This document shows, piece after piece, positions 40,470 to 53,961 of a stretch of 64,000 nt of DNA. The position numbers and the translations under genes are program-made. The notes beneath the pieces are model-generated. The model saw only the letters and a list, made by a program, of their open reading frames with translations, did no database searches and had not been told where the DNA came from. This DNA comes from Stegostoma tigrinum. Lineage: Eukaryota. The DNA is taken from positions 28,089,078-28,153,077 of the forward strand of contig NC_081370.1 in NCBI RefSeq assembly GCF_030684315.1, given 5' to 3'. How positions within the stretch are numbered: the first letter of the stretch is position 1; every line of letters starts with the position of its first letter.

Positions 40470-41460
40470 TCACCTGAGTCAGCATGGTTTTGTGAAAGGA
40501 AAATCATATTTGATTAATTTATTAGAGTTCTCTAAGAAAGTACACAGCAAGGTGGATGAAGGAGAACCTATAGATGGGATGCCTTTGGATTCCCAAATGG
40601 CAACCAATAAGTTACCACAACAAACGATTATTATGCAAAATAAGAACTCATAGGTTTGGATTACATTAGCTTGGATAGAGCTTTGCTTAATTAACTGGAA
40701 AAAATAGGGATAAAATGGGTCATTTTTGGGTTGTTAATCAGTAACTAATGGAGTTGAACAGGGATCAGTACTGGGGCATCAACTATTTCAGCTCTATTTT
40801 AGTTCTTTGGATGAAGGCACCTATGCTTGCTATATTTGCTAATAAGACAAAACTACGTTGGAAAGTAAGTTGTTTAGAAGACAAAAAAGGATTTACAATG
40901 AGATTTACATAGGTTAAATGAATAGGCAAAAAATTGTTTAATGGAGTATAATGTCGGAGAATGTAAACTTGTCCACTTTGGTAGCAAGAATAGAAAAGCA
41001 GTATATTTAAATGAAGGGAGATTGCAGAGCTGTGTATTAGAGGGATGTGTGTGTCCAGTACATGATTCACAAAAAGTTAGTATGAAAGTACGAGTGATTT
41101 AGGAAGGAAAATTGAATGTTGGAATTCATTGCAAAGGGAATCAACTGTAAAAGTGGGGAGTGTTCCTCTAGCTGTACTTATGATACTACATTTAGAGTAC
41201 TGTGAACGATTTTGGTTGTCTTATTTGAAAAAGGATATAACTGTATTAGAAACAGTTTAGACAAGATTCAGTCAATTAATTCCGTGAAGAAGACTGGTCC
41301 TATACTCATTGAAGCTTAAAAGAATAAGTAATCCTATTGAAACATATATGATCTTGAGGGGACTTGAAAAGGTATACGTTGGGAGAATGTGTCAATTTTT
41401 TGGGGTAGTCTACAACAATGGCGAACTGTTCTAAAAATTTCTCTTCCCATTTAAGATAGT
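40470..41460 (+). mobile_element. Old CR1 RT fragment
   Basis: SQHGFVKGKSYLINLLEF, QGSVLG, CKLVHFG motifs with many stops. Confidence 0.75.
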
Positions 41461-41842
41461 TTTTCCCTTCCTTCTTGTTCTATTTCCCAGAGAGCAGGAG
41501 TATAATCATTTTTCTTTATTGAAGACTCCTCTTAAGCTTTTCTGAAGGGCTATGTTTTATTCTTATTAAATCATTTATAAGGCACGGCTGACACAACAAT
41601 GCCTTCAGTATTTGTGTAGAATTACAGGGTATTTGGACTCTCACGAGCAGTATTAGAATAACCAATAATATCCTCAATTACCTAGCGTCCATCAAACTTA
41701 TACCCACATTTTGAAGGGAAAAGATGAATTTCTTAGACGCCACAATATTAAAATTTTAAAAGATAACAGGCATGATTAATAAAACATTTTTTTCCAAAAT
41801 AATGATGCACACTTCTATATTTGAAAAGCCATCACCCTAAAT

Positions 41843-42155
41843 GGGCAGCACGGTGGCTCAGTGGTTAGCACTGCAGCCTCACGGCGCCAGGGACCTGGGT
41901 TCGATTCTACCCTCGGGTGACTGTGTGGAGTTTGCACATTCTCCCCGTGTCTGCTTGGGTTTCCTTTGGGTGCTCCAGTTTCTTCTCACAGTCCAAAGAT
42001 GTCCTGGCTAGGTGGATTGGCCATGCTAAATTGCCACAGTGTTCAGGAGTATGTGGGTTATAGGGGGATGGGTCTGGGTGGGATACTCCAAGGGTCGGTG
42101 TGGACTTGTTGGGCCAAAGGGCCTGTTTCCACACTGTAGGGATTCTATGATTCTA
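41843..42155 (+). mobile_element. HE1-type tRNA-derived SINE (V-SINE)
   Basis: A box TGGCTCAGTGG, B box GGTTCGATTC, V-domain TGTGGAGTTTGCACATTCTCCCCGTGTCTGC, CR1-like tail GGGCCTGTTTCCACACTGTAGGGATTCTATGATTCTA. Confidence 0.9.
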
Positions 42156-42414
42156 AAGACATCTTCTGCAGTTTGATCAGGTCACTGCAAATGCATTTCC
42201 ATCACACGTGTACAAAGACAGAACATTTTAACCAAGCAGTTATAACCCTGTTCACTGCATCTGAGATCTCACTTTTGGATTTTAAATTTAACAACTGAAT
42301 ATGTGTTTATTTCAACGGGATCCAATACAGCTTTTCCAAGTATAGTAACTCCTGAACTTATAATGTCCTGAATTAGACATTCCACATTCATTCTCAGTAA
42401 CTTGAATTTTTCAG

Positions 42415-44518
42415 TTGTGGAGGGGTGCTTTTCTGACCGGAGGTCTGTAACCACTGGTGTTCCGTGACAATCAGAGCTGGGACCTCTGTTTCTATTATAT
42501 ATAAACGATTTGGATGAAAATGTCAGTCTGCTTAGTAAGTTTGCAGATAAAACAAAAATTCATGGAGTTGCAGATTGTAAAGAAGGATATCAAAAGATAC
42601 AGCAGGATATAAAAACTAGAGAGTGGGTGGAGAAATGGTAGATGGGTTAGGGATAGGCTTAGTTTAATCCAGACAAGTGATAGGTGATGCATTGGAAGAT
42701 CAAATGCAAGAGAAAAGTATACTGTCATTGGTTAAATTCTGAGTGGTATTAATTTACAGAGAGATCTTGGAGTCCAGGTCTATAGCTCCCAAAAGTGGCA
42801 ACACAATTGGACAATGTGGTAAAAAAGTCACACAACATGTTCGCTTTCATTGGCCAAGGCATTGTGTTTAAAAGTTGGCAAGTCATGTTGCAAATGTGCA
42901 AGAATTTGGTCAGGCCATATTTGAAGTATTTGCACAACCTTGGTCACTGCACTATAGGAAGGATGTAGAGGCTTTGGAGAGAGTGCAAAAGAGGTTTACC
43001 AGGATGTTAGATAATAAAATGTGAGGCTGGATGAACACAGCAGGCCCAGCAGCATCTCAGGAGCACAAAAGCTGACGTTTCGGGCCTAGACCCTTCATCA
43101 GAGAGGGGGATGGGGTGAGAGTTCTGGAATAAATAGGGAGAGAGGGGGAGGCGGACCGAAGATGGAGAGAAAAGAAGATAGGTGGAGAGGAGAGTATAGT
43201 TGGGGAGGTGGGGAGGGGATAGGTCAGTCCAGGGAAGATGGACAGGTCAAGGAGGTGGGATGAGGTTAGTAGGTAGGAGATGGAAGTGCGGCTTGGGGTG
43301 GGAGGAAGAGATGGGTGAGAGGAAGAACAGGTTAGGGAGACAGAGACAGGCTGGACTGGTTTTGGGATGCAGTGGGTGGAGGGGAAGAGCTTTGCAATAA
43401 ACAACTGCACCTCCCAGTTGCGAACCATTTCCACTCCCCCTCCCATTCTTTAGATGACATGTCCATCATGGGCCTCCTGCAGTGCCACAATGATGCCACC
43501 TGAAGGTTGCAGGAACAGCAACTCATATTCCGCTTGGGAACCCTGCAGCCCAATGGTATCAATGTGGACGTCACCAGCTTCAAAATCTCCCCTTCCCCCA
43601 CCGCATCCCAAAACCAGCCCAGTTCTTCCCCTCCCCCCACTGCACCACACAACCAGCCCAGCTCTTCCCCTCCACCCACTGCATCCCAAAACCAGTCCAG
43701 CCTGTCTCTGCCTCCCTAACCTGTTCTTCCTCTCACCCATCTCTTCCTCCCACCCCAAGCCGCACCTCCATCTCCTACCTACTAACCTCATCCCACCTCC
43801 TTGACCTGTCCGTCTTCCCTGGACTGACCTATCCCCTCCCTACCTCCCCACCTATACTCTCCTCTCCACCTATCTTCTTTTCTCTCCATCTTCGGTCCGC
43901 CTCCCCCTCTCTCCCTATTTATTCCAGAACCCTCATCCCATCCCCCTCTCTGATGAAGGATCTAGGCCCGAAATGTCAGCTTTTGTGCTCCTGAGATGCT
44001 GCTGGGCCTGCTGTGTTCATCCAGCCTCACATTTTATTATCCTGGATTCTCCAGCATCTGCAGTTCGCATAATCACCTTTACCAGGATGTTGCCTGATTT
44101 GGAGTGTATTAGCTATAATCAAAGGTTGGACAAACTCGGATTGTTATTGAGGTAGGCTGAAGGGTGACCTGGTAAAAGTATGTAAGATCATGAGGGGCAT
44201 GGATAGTCACAGTCTCTTTCCCAGGGTGGAAATATCAAATAATAGAGGTCATACGTTTATGGTGAGAGAGGGAAGAGATGTGTAAGGAATTTTTTTTTAA
44301 CATTGAGGGCAGTAGATGCCTGGAATGCTGTCTTGGGAGAAGTGGCAAAAACAGATGTTTAAGAGGCATTTAGCAGACACACAAAAAGGCAGAGGACAAA
44401 GGAAGACTGACCCTATACAGGCAGGTGAGATTAGTTTCGTATAGCATTGTCGTCAGCACAGTCATCGTGGGCCAAAGGTCCTGTTCCTTTGCTGTACTGT
44501 TCTTTATCTTTTGTTCTA
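42415..44518 (+). mobile_element. CR1 3' half split by a PLE insertion
   Basis: YINDLD..SKFADK..ALERVQKRFTRM resumes after the PLE as FTRMLPDLE. Confidence 0.85.
43009..44077. mobile_element. PLE family A inverted insertion nested in CR1
   Basis: Minus arm 43009-43391, plus arm 43392-44077; perfect 14 bp TSD TTTACCAGGATGTT at 42995-43008 and 44078-44091; hammerhead-like motifs at 43074-43101(-) and 43950-43977(+). Confidence 0.94.
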
Positions 44519-45546
44519 GTTAGCAGAATATTCCTTTGTTGATAGATCTAAAACTCTTATTCATTTGCAGCCTTCCTGTCCCCGCCCTCGACCCTTGCAC
44601 AAACCTCTCCCTACACCTCTTACTACCTCATTGTCTCCTCAATACCTCCTTTTTCTCACATCTCTTACAACTTCTTGACCCCTCCCCTCACACCTCTTGC
44701 AGCCTTTCTCTATCCATAAACTGTCCTCAAACCAGCATCTGCTACCCCTACTCATGACCTCCTCTGGCTGACAGTTCTCACCAGATTGAGCTAAAAGCCC
44801 TCATGATCCCAGCAAAAGGCCCCACACCCTGGTCAATGGTGCCCTCCTCTTTTCATGCCCAAAATAAAGCTCTTTGGCCAAGGTACAAGTTTCTTCTCTG
44901 GTGCCCCATTCCACCATCGTAAGTCCTGTTGCTGAATTTGTCTTTGCTACAACCAGCGTACATTCATTAATGGGGGGAGAAAAAAAGCACAATGACAAAT
45001 TTCAAATTGATTAATGCAAGTATGTACAGTATTGCCTTGTAATCTGCTCACCATTTTTGAGTATTGCCAGAAAGCTGTAGATGCTGAGTCATTGAATAAT
45101 TAAAGTGAAATAGATTTTTGATAGACAAGGGAAGTCAAGGGGTATGTGGGACTGGCAGGAAAGCAGACTTAGGTTGACAATTGGATCAGCCATGATCTTA
45201 TCAACTGGTGGAACAGGGTCAAGGGGGCACACAGTCAACCTATGCTCTTAATTTTTGTGTTCTTTAATGTCAAAGAATAGGCACAACTTGATGGGCCAAA
45301 TGACTTCCTTCTGTGTTATACCAATCCACGTTCTGACTTTTGCCAATTATGTTTCGATAAATGTACCAGACTTAAAGTTTTTAAATGTTGAAGCTCAGTT
45401 CTAATGCTGTATAGTATGTTAATTGAAAACTACATTATTGATGGTACATACTGATGGTACACAGTGCATGTTTACATGTAAGTAGTTCCTACACATTCAA
45501 TAATAAGCATCATATCTTAACACAAGTTTTGAATCAATACGCATGA

Positions 45547-45684
<138 letters not shown>

Positions 45685-48600
45685 TAAGTAGGCTTGTCAC
45701 AATTCTGCATCACTGCTATTTCTCATTAGCCTTTTCATCAGTTTTTCTTTAGAAGTTTGTGTGACTGCCACTTTCAATAAAAAGAAAAGGTCTAACAGTA
45801 ACCCAAGTCAATGAATTTGAATGCTCTTGTGCGGAGAATTCAGTTCCTCCGAAGTCATCAGTTCTTTCTAAATGGACATCTCAAAGGAAAATCTAATAAA
45901 CACTGAACCAGAAATTTGTTTTTAGTAACATAGTACTGAAAGTCATACATTAATAAGTTAAAATGCAAAACAAATAGGAGATAGAATTCATGAAACCAGC
46001 TCAAAGAAAGGTCATTATGATGACTTCATACTTCCCTGGGAGCTCCTTATGAATCTCAGTTTGAAAACCTGTGCCCTGTCAGTGTTGTTTTGAATGGTGT
46101 AAGGGCTGTCGATTTACAGTCGTTTGATCCAATGTTGATTTTCCTGTTGAAGTGAAATATCCAGAATGTTTTGGCCTCACACATGAAAGCCTGCTTCATA
46201 GATGCTGTTGAAATATTTTAATCAGACTAACAATTATCTTGTAAGTAATTTAGTTTGGCATAATTTGCCATCCTAATTTAAAGGGAAAACAAGTAAGTTT
46301 ACAATTATAGACTGAATCTAAATGTGAAGAATGGTAATGTGGCAATACTGAAACTGGACTAATAATACAAACGCCTGGTTTCATAAAGTAGACATTTGGA
46401 TTTGCTTTTTCCTCCTGCATTCTTTAAAGAAACTTTCAGTAAAAGTGACTATGATGCTGTCAGATGATTGTCAAAACACACCAGCTCATTAAGGAAACTG
46501 AAACCTTATTTCTTTTAGGTGGAAAGACGTGTAATTTCTATCCTGGCTGTCCAGCTTATCCAACTAGTCACACATCAATGTGGTTGGCTCTTAATTGCAA
46601 CCTAGAGTTCCTAGTAAGAATCAGTACTATTGCTTAAGAATCAGTATTTTGGGAGTACCTTCACCACTTCACTGTGGTAGTTTGAAAAAGAGGTTTTTCA
46701 AAGCAACAAGCAATAATTATCAATTTGCAATTAAAAACATCTATTCAATTTTCACTTTTAGTATCAGGCACACCAGGTGGAAAACAAAAGCTCCTCTACA
46801 ATGTCTCAATGTGTGCCTCAGATATAATTGCACCAATGTACCATTTCCTTTCTTCTACTACCGTTAAATAGTGTTAATTTTCTAAAGATGACTACAGCTA
46901 ATGAAATAAAAACATAAGTTATTGGAAATACTCAGATCTGAAGCAATTGTGGAATGTAAGAGTTAACGTTTCAACAGAACTGAACAAACGAGATGGGAAA
47001 GTGAAATCTATCACAACATAAAGTTAAAGAAAATATAAATCTTGTTTGAAGAGCAGAAATTCTTTCAGGTGGGCACTCCTGGAAATGAAATGGTGGTGAA
47101 CACTAATCTGAATGCAAAATACTACATTAATATAAATGTGGCATATCCTTTAAGATTTCTTCAGAATTCTTCTACAGAAAGATTTTTAAGGCGTGGCGCA
47201 GGGCTTCCCAAACTGATACTTACAGCACTGGCAATGGCTAGAGTGACTAACAACTGTAACAGAGTTTTAAATCCTTGGTTTTTTTTCAAATGCTGGTGTC
47301 CTAACTGACCAGTCTTTGTGGTGTGATTCCCATTCGAAAAAAGCCATTCAAAAGAGAGGTTTTTTTAAAAAAAAGTAAAATTAAACACTTTGCAACACCT
47401 TCCCAGTCCCATGGTAAAAACTGAGAGTCATGGCAATTCTCAAGCCTTGAAATGAGGTCATGGTGGAAAGATGTTTTAAGAAGCATCAGCATAATTTTTG
47501 CAGATGTTTCAGAAAACGGTCCTGAGAAGACGAGTAACTTTGATGCTACTGAACTAGTGTTGGTAATATTGGAATGTCAATGATCCCAGTTTTATATGTG
47601 AATGAAGAGAGATAATACACATACAGGTGCAGGCAGGTTTTTGAAACAGGAAGCCTGAAAGCACTGAGCGTCTGTGCTACATTATGCAATAGATAAATTC
47701 AGAAATGTTGGAAATTGGTTTGTTGAATTCAAATCAAATGACCCACTGATGTGAGGAAGTTCAGCATGTTCGTTATATTATTGGAAAATAAATTCTGGTG
47801 TTTGAGCTGTTAATCTGATAATAACAGCCATTCCATGTGTGTTCATTCCCTATGAAATAAAGCAGCAAATTATTTTGTATTGAACACCGCCTCATCATTT
47901 ATCTGTTTTTAGAGACCAAGGAAATGGATATGTAGACGTAGTCATCTATTTCAGGTAACAGGGAGGAACTGTCGTTACCCAGAGCCATGTTACTATATAA
48001 GCATCAAGGCCAAGACGTAGGCTCATTATGGGAGTTCTTTATATCAGTAATTCTGAGCAGGTATTTGTGGCAGGCCAAAACAGGCCAAAAAAATTAAATA
48101 AGACCTATCAATTAAATTTTGCTCTTTCAATCCTGTTCTATCACTGCTTACATTTTTAGAATGTAAAATATAGTATCCTTGCTCCTTTTTTTAAATCAAA
48201 TTTCTGTAAGGAAATAGTTTTGATTTCAGGCCTGTTGCACTTTAAATGACAACCTTTGAAGTGAAAATGTATAGCTCGTCTTTTCTACAAAATATATTTA
48301 TAACTATGACCATTAGATGGTGCTATTGCATACAGCATGCCAATTAAATAATGCTAATTTAAAGTAGATATCATTATGAATAATGTACTGTGAAATGATT
48401 TGTATCTATCCAGATGAAAAATTACTTCTGCACTTTTTCCCTGCAATACATCACTCCCATGCTGCCAGATTATTGCACTGATAAGCATTGGTGGTCTAGA
48501 GAATTAAACTAATGCATACCAAGTCATAACTTGGACCCATTTCATATTTGAGGCAATGGATCATCAGTGTTACGACTGAGTGGAAGATTTTTCCGTTCTT

Positions 48601-48729
48601 TATGCAGTACTCAGTTTTAACATTGTGTAAGTTTTTGTTTACTTCTATTTATCTTGCCTATGGACTGAAAGTGGGACAAATGGACCACTGCCTGTATAAA
48701 GAAGAGAAAGTAAGGAATCTGAAATTTTT

Positions 48730-50783
48730 AAGCAGATTTGTAGCTCAGGTTATGGATGAGGTTGCAGACTTGCTTGGTGAGCCGGTGTGTTTGATTGCAG
48801 ACGTTTCGTCACCCTGCTAGGTAATGTTGTCAGTGCGCCTCCGGTGAAGCATTGGTATTCTGTCCCGCTTGTTATTTATATGCCTCAGTTTGCTGGGGTG
48901 TTGGTATTTCTTCCAGTTTTGTTTTTCTGTGGTTTGAACTGGACCCAATATACAATGTGTATGTTGATGAAGTTCCGGTTGGAATGCCAGGCCACCAGGA
49001 ATTCCCTGGCATGTCTTTGTTTGGCTTGCGCTAATATGGATGTGATGCCCCAGTCGAATTCTTGCCCTTCTTTGTTCGTGTGTATTGAGATCCGTGAGAA
49101 TTGGATGTGCCTCTTGATGGCTATTTGGTGGTTGTTTCTCCTTATTGCCAGTTTTCTTCCAGTTTGACCTACGTTTCTCACAGTCCTTGTCACAGAGGTA
49201 ACAGCAGATCCATTCCTTTTAAAAACTACGTATAAGTGCTCTTGTTCTGCTTTGCACAATTGCTACAAGTTGCTACAGTGTTTTGTGGCCTTGTTTGAAT
49301 ACTGCCCTGATGCAGCCCCGTTTATGGGTGTTGGGGTGGCTGCTGGTGTTATTATCTGGCCCATAGTGTGGTTTTTTTCTGTATACGCTAGTCTGGAGTT
49401 CCCCGTTGTTCTTACATTCTACCATTACATCCAGGAAGAGTAGTTGGTTGTTGTTCTCTTCTTTTGTGAATGTTATTCTGGTGAGGATATTGTTTACGTG
49501 TCAATGGGTTTCTTGTAGTCTTGTGCATTTGATAATCATCTACAAAGTAGACGCAGAGTTTGGTTAGTGGGGAGCACTGTCCATTCTAATCTTTGCATTC
49601 CTGCTTCTGCTATCAGTCCAGATTATTGGGGATGCCATTGGTGTTCCATTGATTTGTTTAAATATTTGATCAATGAAGGTGAAATTGGGCCCAGTGGTTT
49701 CAGGGTGCTGTCCTTGTTGATGCTGTTGATGCAGTGGGGTGTCTGCCTTCCTGATTTGTCCAGCAGTTGTGGCAATTGTCCCTTTGGCTAGGTTGATGTT
49801 TATGGATGTAAATAGCGCTGTTGCATCGAAGGATACCATTACCTTATTATTATTACCATTATACAAGAGAACAAGAACTGACCACCCTTCCTGGACATAA
49901 TGGTGGACGTAAGAATAACGGGGAACTCCAGACTAGTGTATATAGAAAGACCAAACATATGGACCAGATACTTAATTACACCAGCAACCACCCCAGCATC
50001 CATATACAGAGCTGCATCAGGACATTCAAATGAGCAACAACACACTAAAGCAACCCAGAATTGCACAAAGCAGAACAGGAGCACTTATGCTGAGTTTTAA
50101 AAAGGAATGGATACCCAAAAAGCACAATCTGCTGTTACGTCTGCAACAGATCACAATAACAAGTCCCAACATGGCCAGACACACTAGTCACCCTGTTGTA
50201 CATAGGGACATATCAGAGATGACCACAAGACTACTTAGACCTCTAGGAATCAGGGCAGCCCACAAATCAATAACCACCCTCTGACGAATGTAAAGGATCC
50301 CATTACCCACAACCAATAAAACTAATGTAATATATAAAATACCATGCAAGGACTGTAAGAAACATTACATATTGCTAATTTTCTTCCAGTTTGGCCTAAG
50401 GATACATGAACACCAACTAGCCACCAAGCGATACGACCAATTCTCTCTGGTCTCAATACACATGGACAAAGAAAGACACAAATTCGACTGGGACAACATA
50501 TCCATAATAGCACAAGCCAAACAGAGACATGCCAGGGAATTCTTGGAGGCCTGGCATTCCAGCCGGAACTCTGTCAACAAACACATTGAACTGGACCAAA
50601 ATACAAACCACTGAAAAACAGAACCAGAAGTAATACCAACCATTCCAGCAAACCAAGGCATATAAATAACAAGCGGGACAGAACACCAAAGGTTCACCGG
50701 AGGTACACTGACTATGTTACCTAGCAGGGTTACAAATATCTGCAATCGAACACACCAGCTCAGCCAGCAAGTCGGCAACCCCA
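48730..50783. mobile_element. PLE family B (Poseidon/Penelope-like), inverted insertion
   Basis: Minus arm: VSFDATALFTSI, QINGTPMASPI, GQTGRKLAIR, AREFLVAWHS. Plus arm from ~49850: VYRK..MDQILNY.SNHP, NVIYKIPCKDC, RIHEH, AREFLEAWHS. Confidence 0.9.
48796..48836 (-). ncRNA. Decayed minimal hammerhead-like motif of PLE family B (partner at 50705-50744, +)
   Basis: GCA-CTGACAAC-ATTACC-TAGCAG-GGTGAC-GAAA-C-GTC-TGC; stem I GCA/TGC; departures from the consensus core look like CpG decay. Confidence 0.6.
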
Positions 50784-53700
50784 ATATAAGGATCATCTGG
50801 AGCTAACTGGTGCAAATATACCAGTGTTAATGGTGCGGACAATGTCGAGACAAATTGACCCCCACCTCGGTATGTTCAGGGTAAATTTTGCCTAGAAGCA
50901 GACTTGGTTTTCAGCTTGTGCTATGTTGTTGAGAGTTCATGAGAGCTCTGCATAAAAAGAAGCCTTTAATTGGTCAGGTTGCAGTTCAGACTCAGAGCAA
51001 TGAACTAGAAATAAACAAGAAACTTCAACAATATAGCTGGATCAAATCTTCATCTCTCTTGCCATTCTCTACAAAGTTGCTGTCTCCAATTATTTGCTGA
51101 AAGAGCAAGGCAGAAAAAATAAAGTGAGAAATGCTGGAAGAAATAATTCTAAAACCCCAAAACACCTAGAAAGACCCCAGATCAACTGAACAACTAGTGA
51201 ACTAATGACTGCATCTTTGCAAGTACTATGAGGCATCAAAGAAAGGAATTAAGAATTGTGGACTGAACCCATCTGTTTTGAGATTTTTGACTGGTCCTAC
51301 AGAAGTGTTTTTTTCCACGCCCTTCTACTGGGTGAGAGGGAGTGAGTTTTAAAAGGGGAAAAGTTAAGTTACATAAATTAACAACAGTAAAAAAATAGAA
51401 TTTCTACAGTAACAAGAGGTTTTTTTTGTTTAAGGAAAATGATCTGGTTGACTCTTATCCTGGGTATTAGTCGGAGGTAAATTGGATTCTTCCGAAGTTT
51501 CAAGAACTTTTAACATTTTTGATGATTCAATGGGGTTTGTTTTACAGCGCACTACCCTTATGAGTTGTGAAAATTGCATCTGTTCATGATTTACACAATC
51601 TCTTTCAAATAAACTTTTTTTTTACTGGGCTCCAGTTTTCGTAGAACACAAAGGTGAAAATTAAAATCTTCTGGTTAGATGGATGGAGTCCTGCGTACAT
51701 TCTGGACACCGCACTAACAATATTTAAGAATTGTGGACTGAACCCATCCTTAATTCCTTTCTCCAAATCTAGCATTCCAAGAATTGGACTTTAAGCGTAC
51801 AAAATGAATTTTAATTATTGTTAGATGAGTAAATAATTTATTGGATAGTTTGGCCAGATGCTATATTGCACAGTATTGTGCAAATTATTTAATCAGCTTT
51901 GCATGCCTGTCTTTTCCATGCTGTCCTGAGTGACCCTTGAACTGGTCTGGCCCAAACCACCCAACCCAAAGACTGGCATGTCTGAAATCTGGCACAGACT
52001 CAGCTCTGATTCCAAGATTTGAGATGTTTTACCTGTGTTGGCTTTGGAAAGAGTGCAGCATAGACTCACTAGAAATATTACCTTGGTTCCATGAATTAGA
52101 TTATGCAGAAATATTACATAAATAACTCTGTATATTTCAGGGAAAGCAAAAGGGCAATTTAATTCTTCAGACTGAGATTCAGAATTAGTAAGTTAAAAAA
52201 GGGAAACCTTTTTCTGCTGATGGGGAAAGTCTAGGGCATAGAGACAGACATTAAAATCATAACCAAGCCATCTGGATAGAAGTTAGAAAATACTGCACTT
52301 CAAACAAAAAGGGTAATAAAAATTTGGAATACCCTCTCATTAAAAGCAGTGACTGCTAACTCCATTTTAAATTTGAAATTATTTCTTTATGTACCTAAGG
52401 CCTTCGAGAGTTGTGGACCCACGGTGAGAGAATTGAGCAAAGACATAGATCAGCTTTAAGCGTGCTGAACAATGGAACATGTTTGAGGGGCTGAAAGGTC
52501 TACTCCTATTCTGCTTCATGCACCAGTTATTTCTGTGCTCCCAGAGCATGCATTCACAGTTAACTGCAGATTTGTGATAAGTTATAAATCTACTGTGGTT
52601 CTGTGTTCATTAGAAACTGCCTTGCAGTGACTGAGATTGGTTTTGTTAATTAGAATCTGATGACAGGAAACTTTTGTCAGGTTTTGTGGCTTTATTTCCC
52701 TTTGTCTGCAGCATTCCTACTGGGAAGGTCTAATGTTGATATTCATAGCCTGGATTTCCTTCAAAAGGGTGGTTAATTGCCTATACCTCCAATTCTACTG
52801 GCTAGCCAGTTTCTTCTCTTAAAAATCTGAAAGTCTGAGGATGTTTTGATGAAAGACAATTTCACTTGCATGACACAAATCTAATGGGATGGGGGAATTG
52901 TTTTTGGGGTGGGGTCGTTTAGGAAGTGGGAACAGGAAGAAAATGTGATCGAAGAACCAGTTACTGTTGAGACAAGCGTCCATCACAAACAAGATATGAT
53001 ATATTCCAAGGGTTAAGTGCAGAGTCATTTAGGATAGGTGTAATTTGCCATTTTACTATAGCAAGATTTCTAATGGAGACACATTTCTGTGGTAGATTAT
53101 ACAGTGAGCATTTCAGACCAATATAATTGTATCTGTGAGCTGACGGTCCAGCTGATGTTGAACTCGTAAGAGGTCTTCCGAAAGTTTGCCAAATTTAGTT
53201 ATGTGACATCTTTGTGGTCTGATCGTTTAGAAACGAACCAATGTCCCTAAGTCACAAGAGCTTCCCTAGCGGGAATCCTCAGCATTAATGCCAGGTCCAA
53301 TAGAATCTCATAGCATCAGTTCAAAAATGGGCAAGCGAACTCATGATCAGCAGGTACAATTTCCACCCCCCCCCCCCCCCCCCCCACCCCACCCCACTGA
53401 TGAATCAATACACCATGTTTAACACAATTTGAAGGAAAAATGGAGGTGGCAGTGGCACAGAAAGTACTCTGGATGGGGGATTTCAACAGCCATCACCTAG
53501 AGTAGCTCCACAGCATCACTCCAACAACTCAAAAAAAGGAGTTCTTTCCCTCATCCATTCTTGTAAAACAGTTTGTTTTTTCTAATCCTGTTCAGAATCA
53601 AAATAAAACAAGATATCAACAATGTTGTGTAAAGTTGTTCGAAATGACTGCTCTTGAGGTGGTGATCAGTTATGATGGATGGGCAATAAATACTAGCATA

Positions 53701-53961
53701 GCCCATATCCCATGAGCAGATCAAAAACTGCTGTGTTTCTAATATCCTTAAATAACAAACTGTTCAAATTACTACTGTTTCACATTACTATGCTGACTCT
53801 GTCTGATTTATATTGTGATTTTTAAAAAATATCCTGCTACTATCTCTAATAATTCTTGCAATTTTCCAATAACAGATATTTCAAACCAAGTTTGTCAAGC
53901 AAATTATGAAACTGACCCAGATACACTATAAATTCAGCCTCCAGGCCTGTTTTGCTAACTC

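Noticed and set aside
41843-41915. tRNA-like A/B boxes
   Set aside because: Head of an HE1-type SINE, not a tRNA gene.
53363-53397. Poly-C tract (G-quadruplex potential on the minus strand)
   Set aside because: Simple homopolymer with nothing pointing to function.
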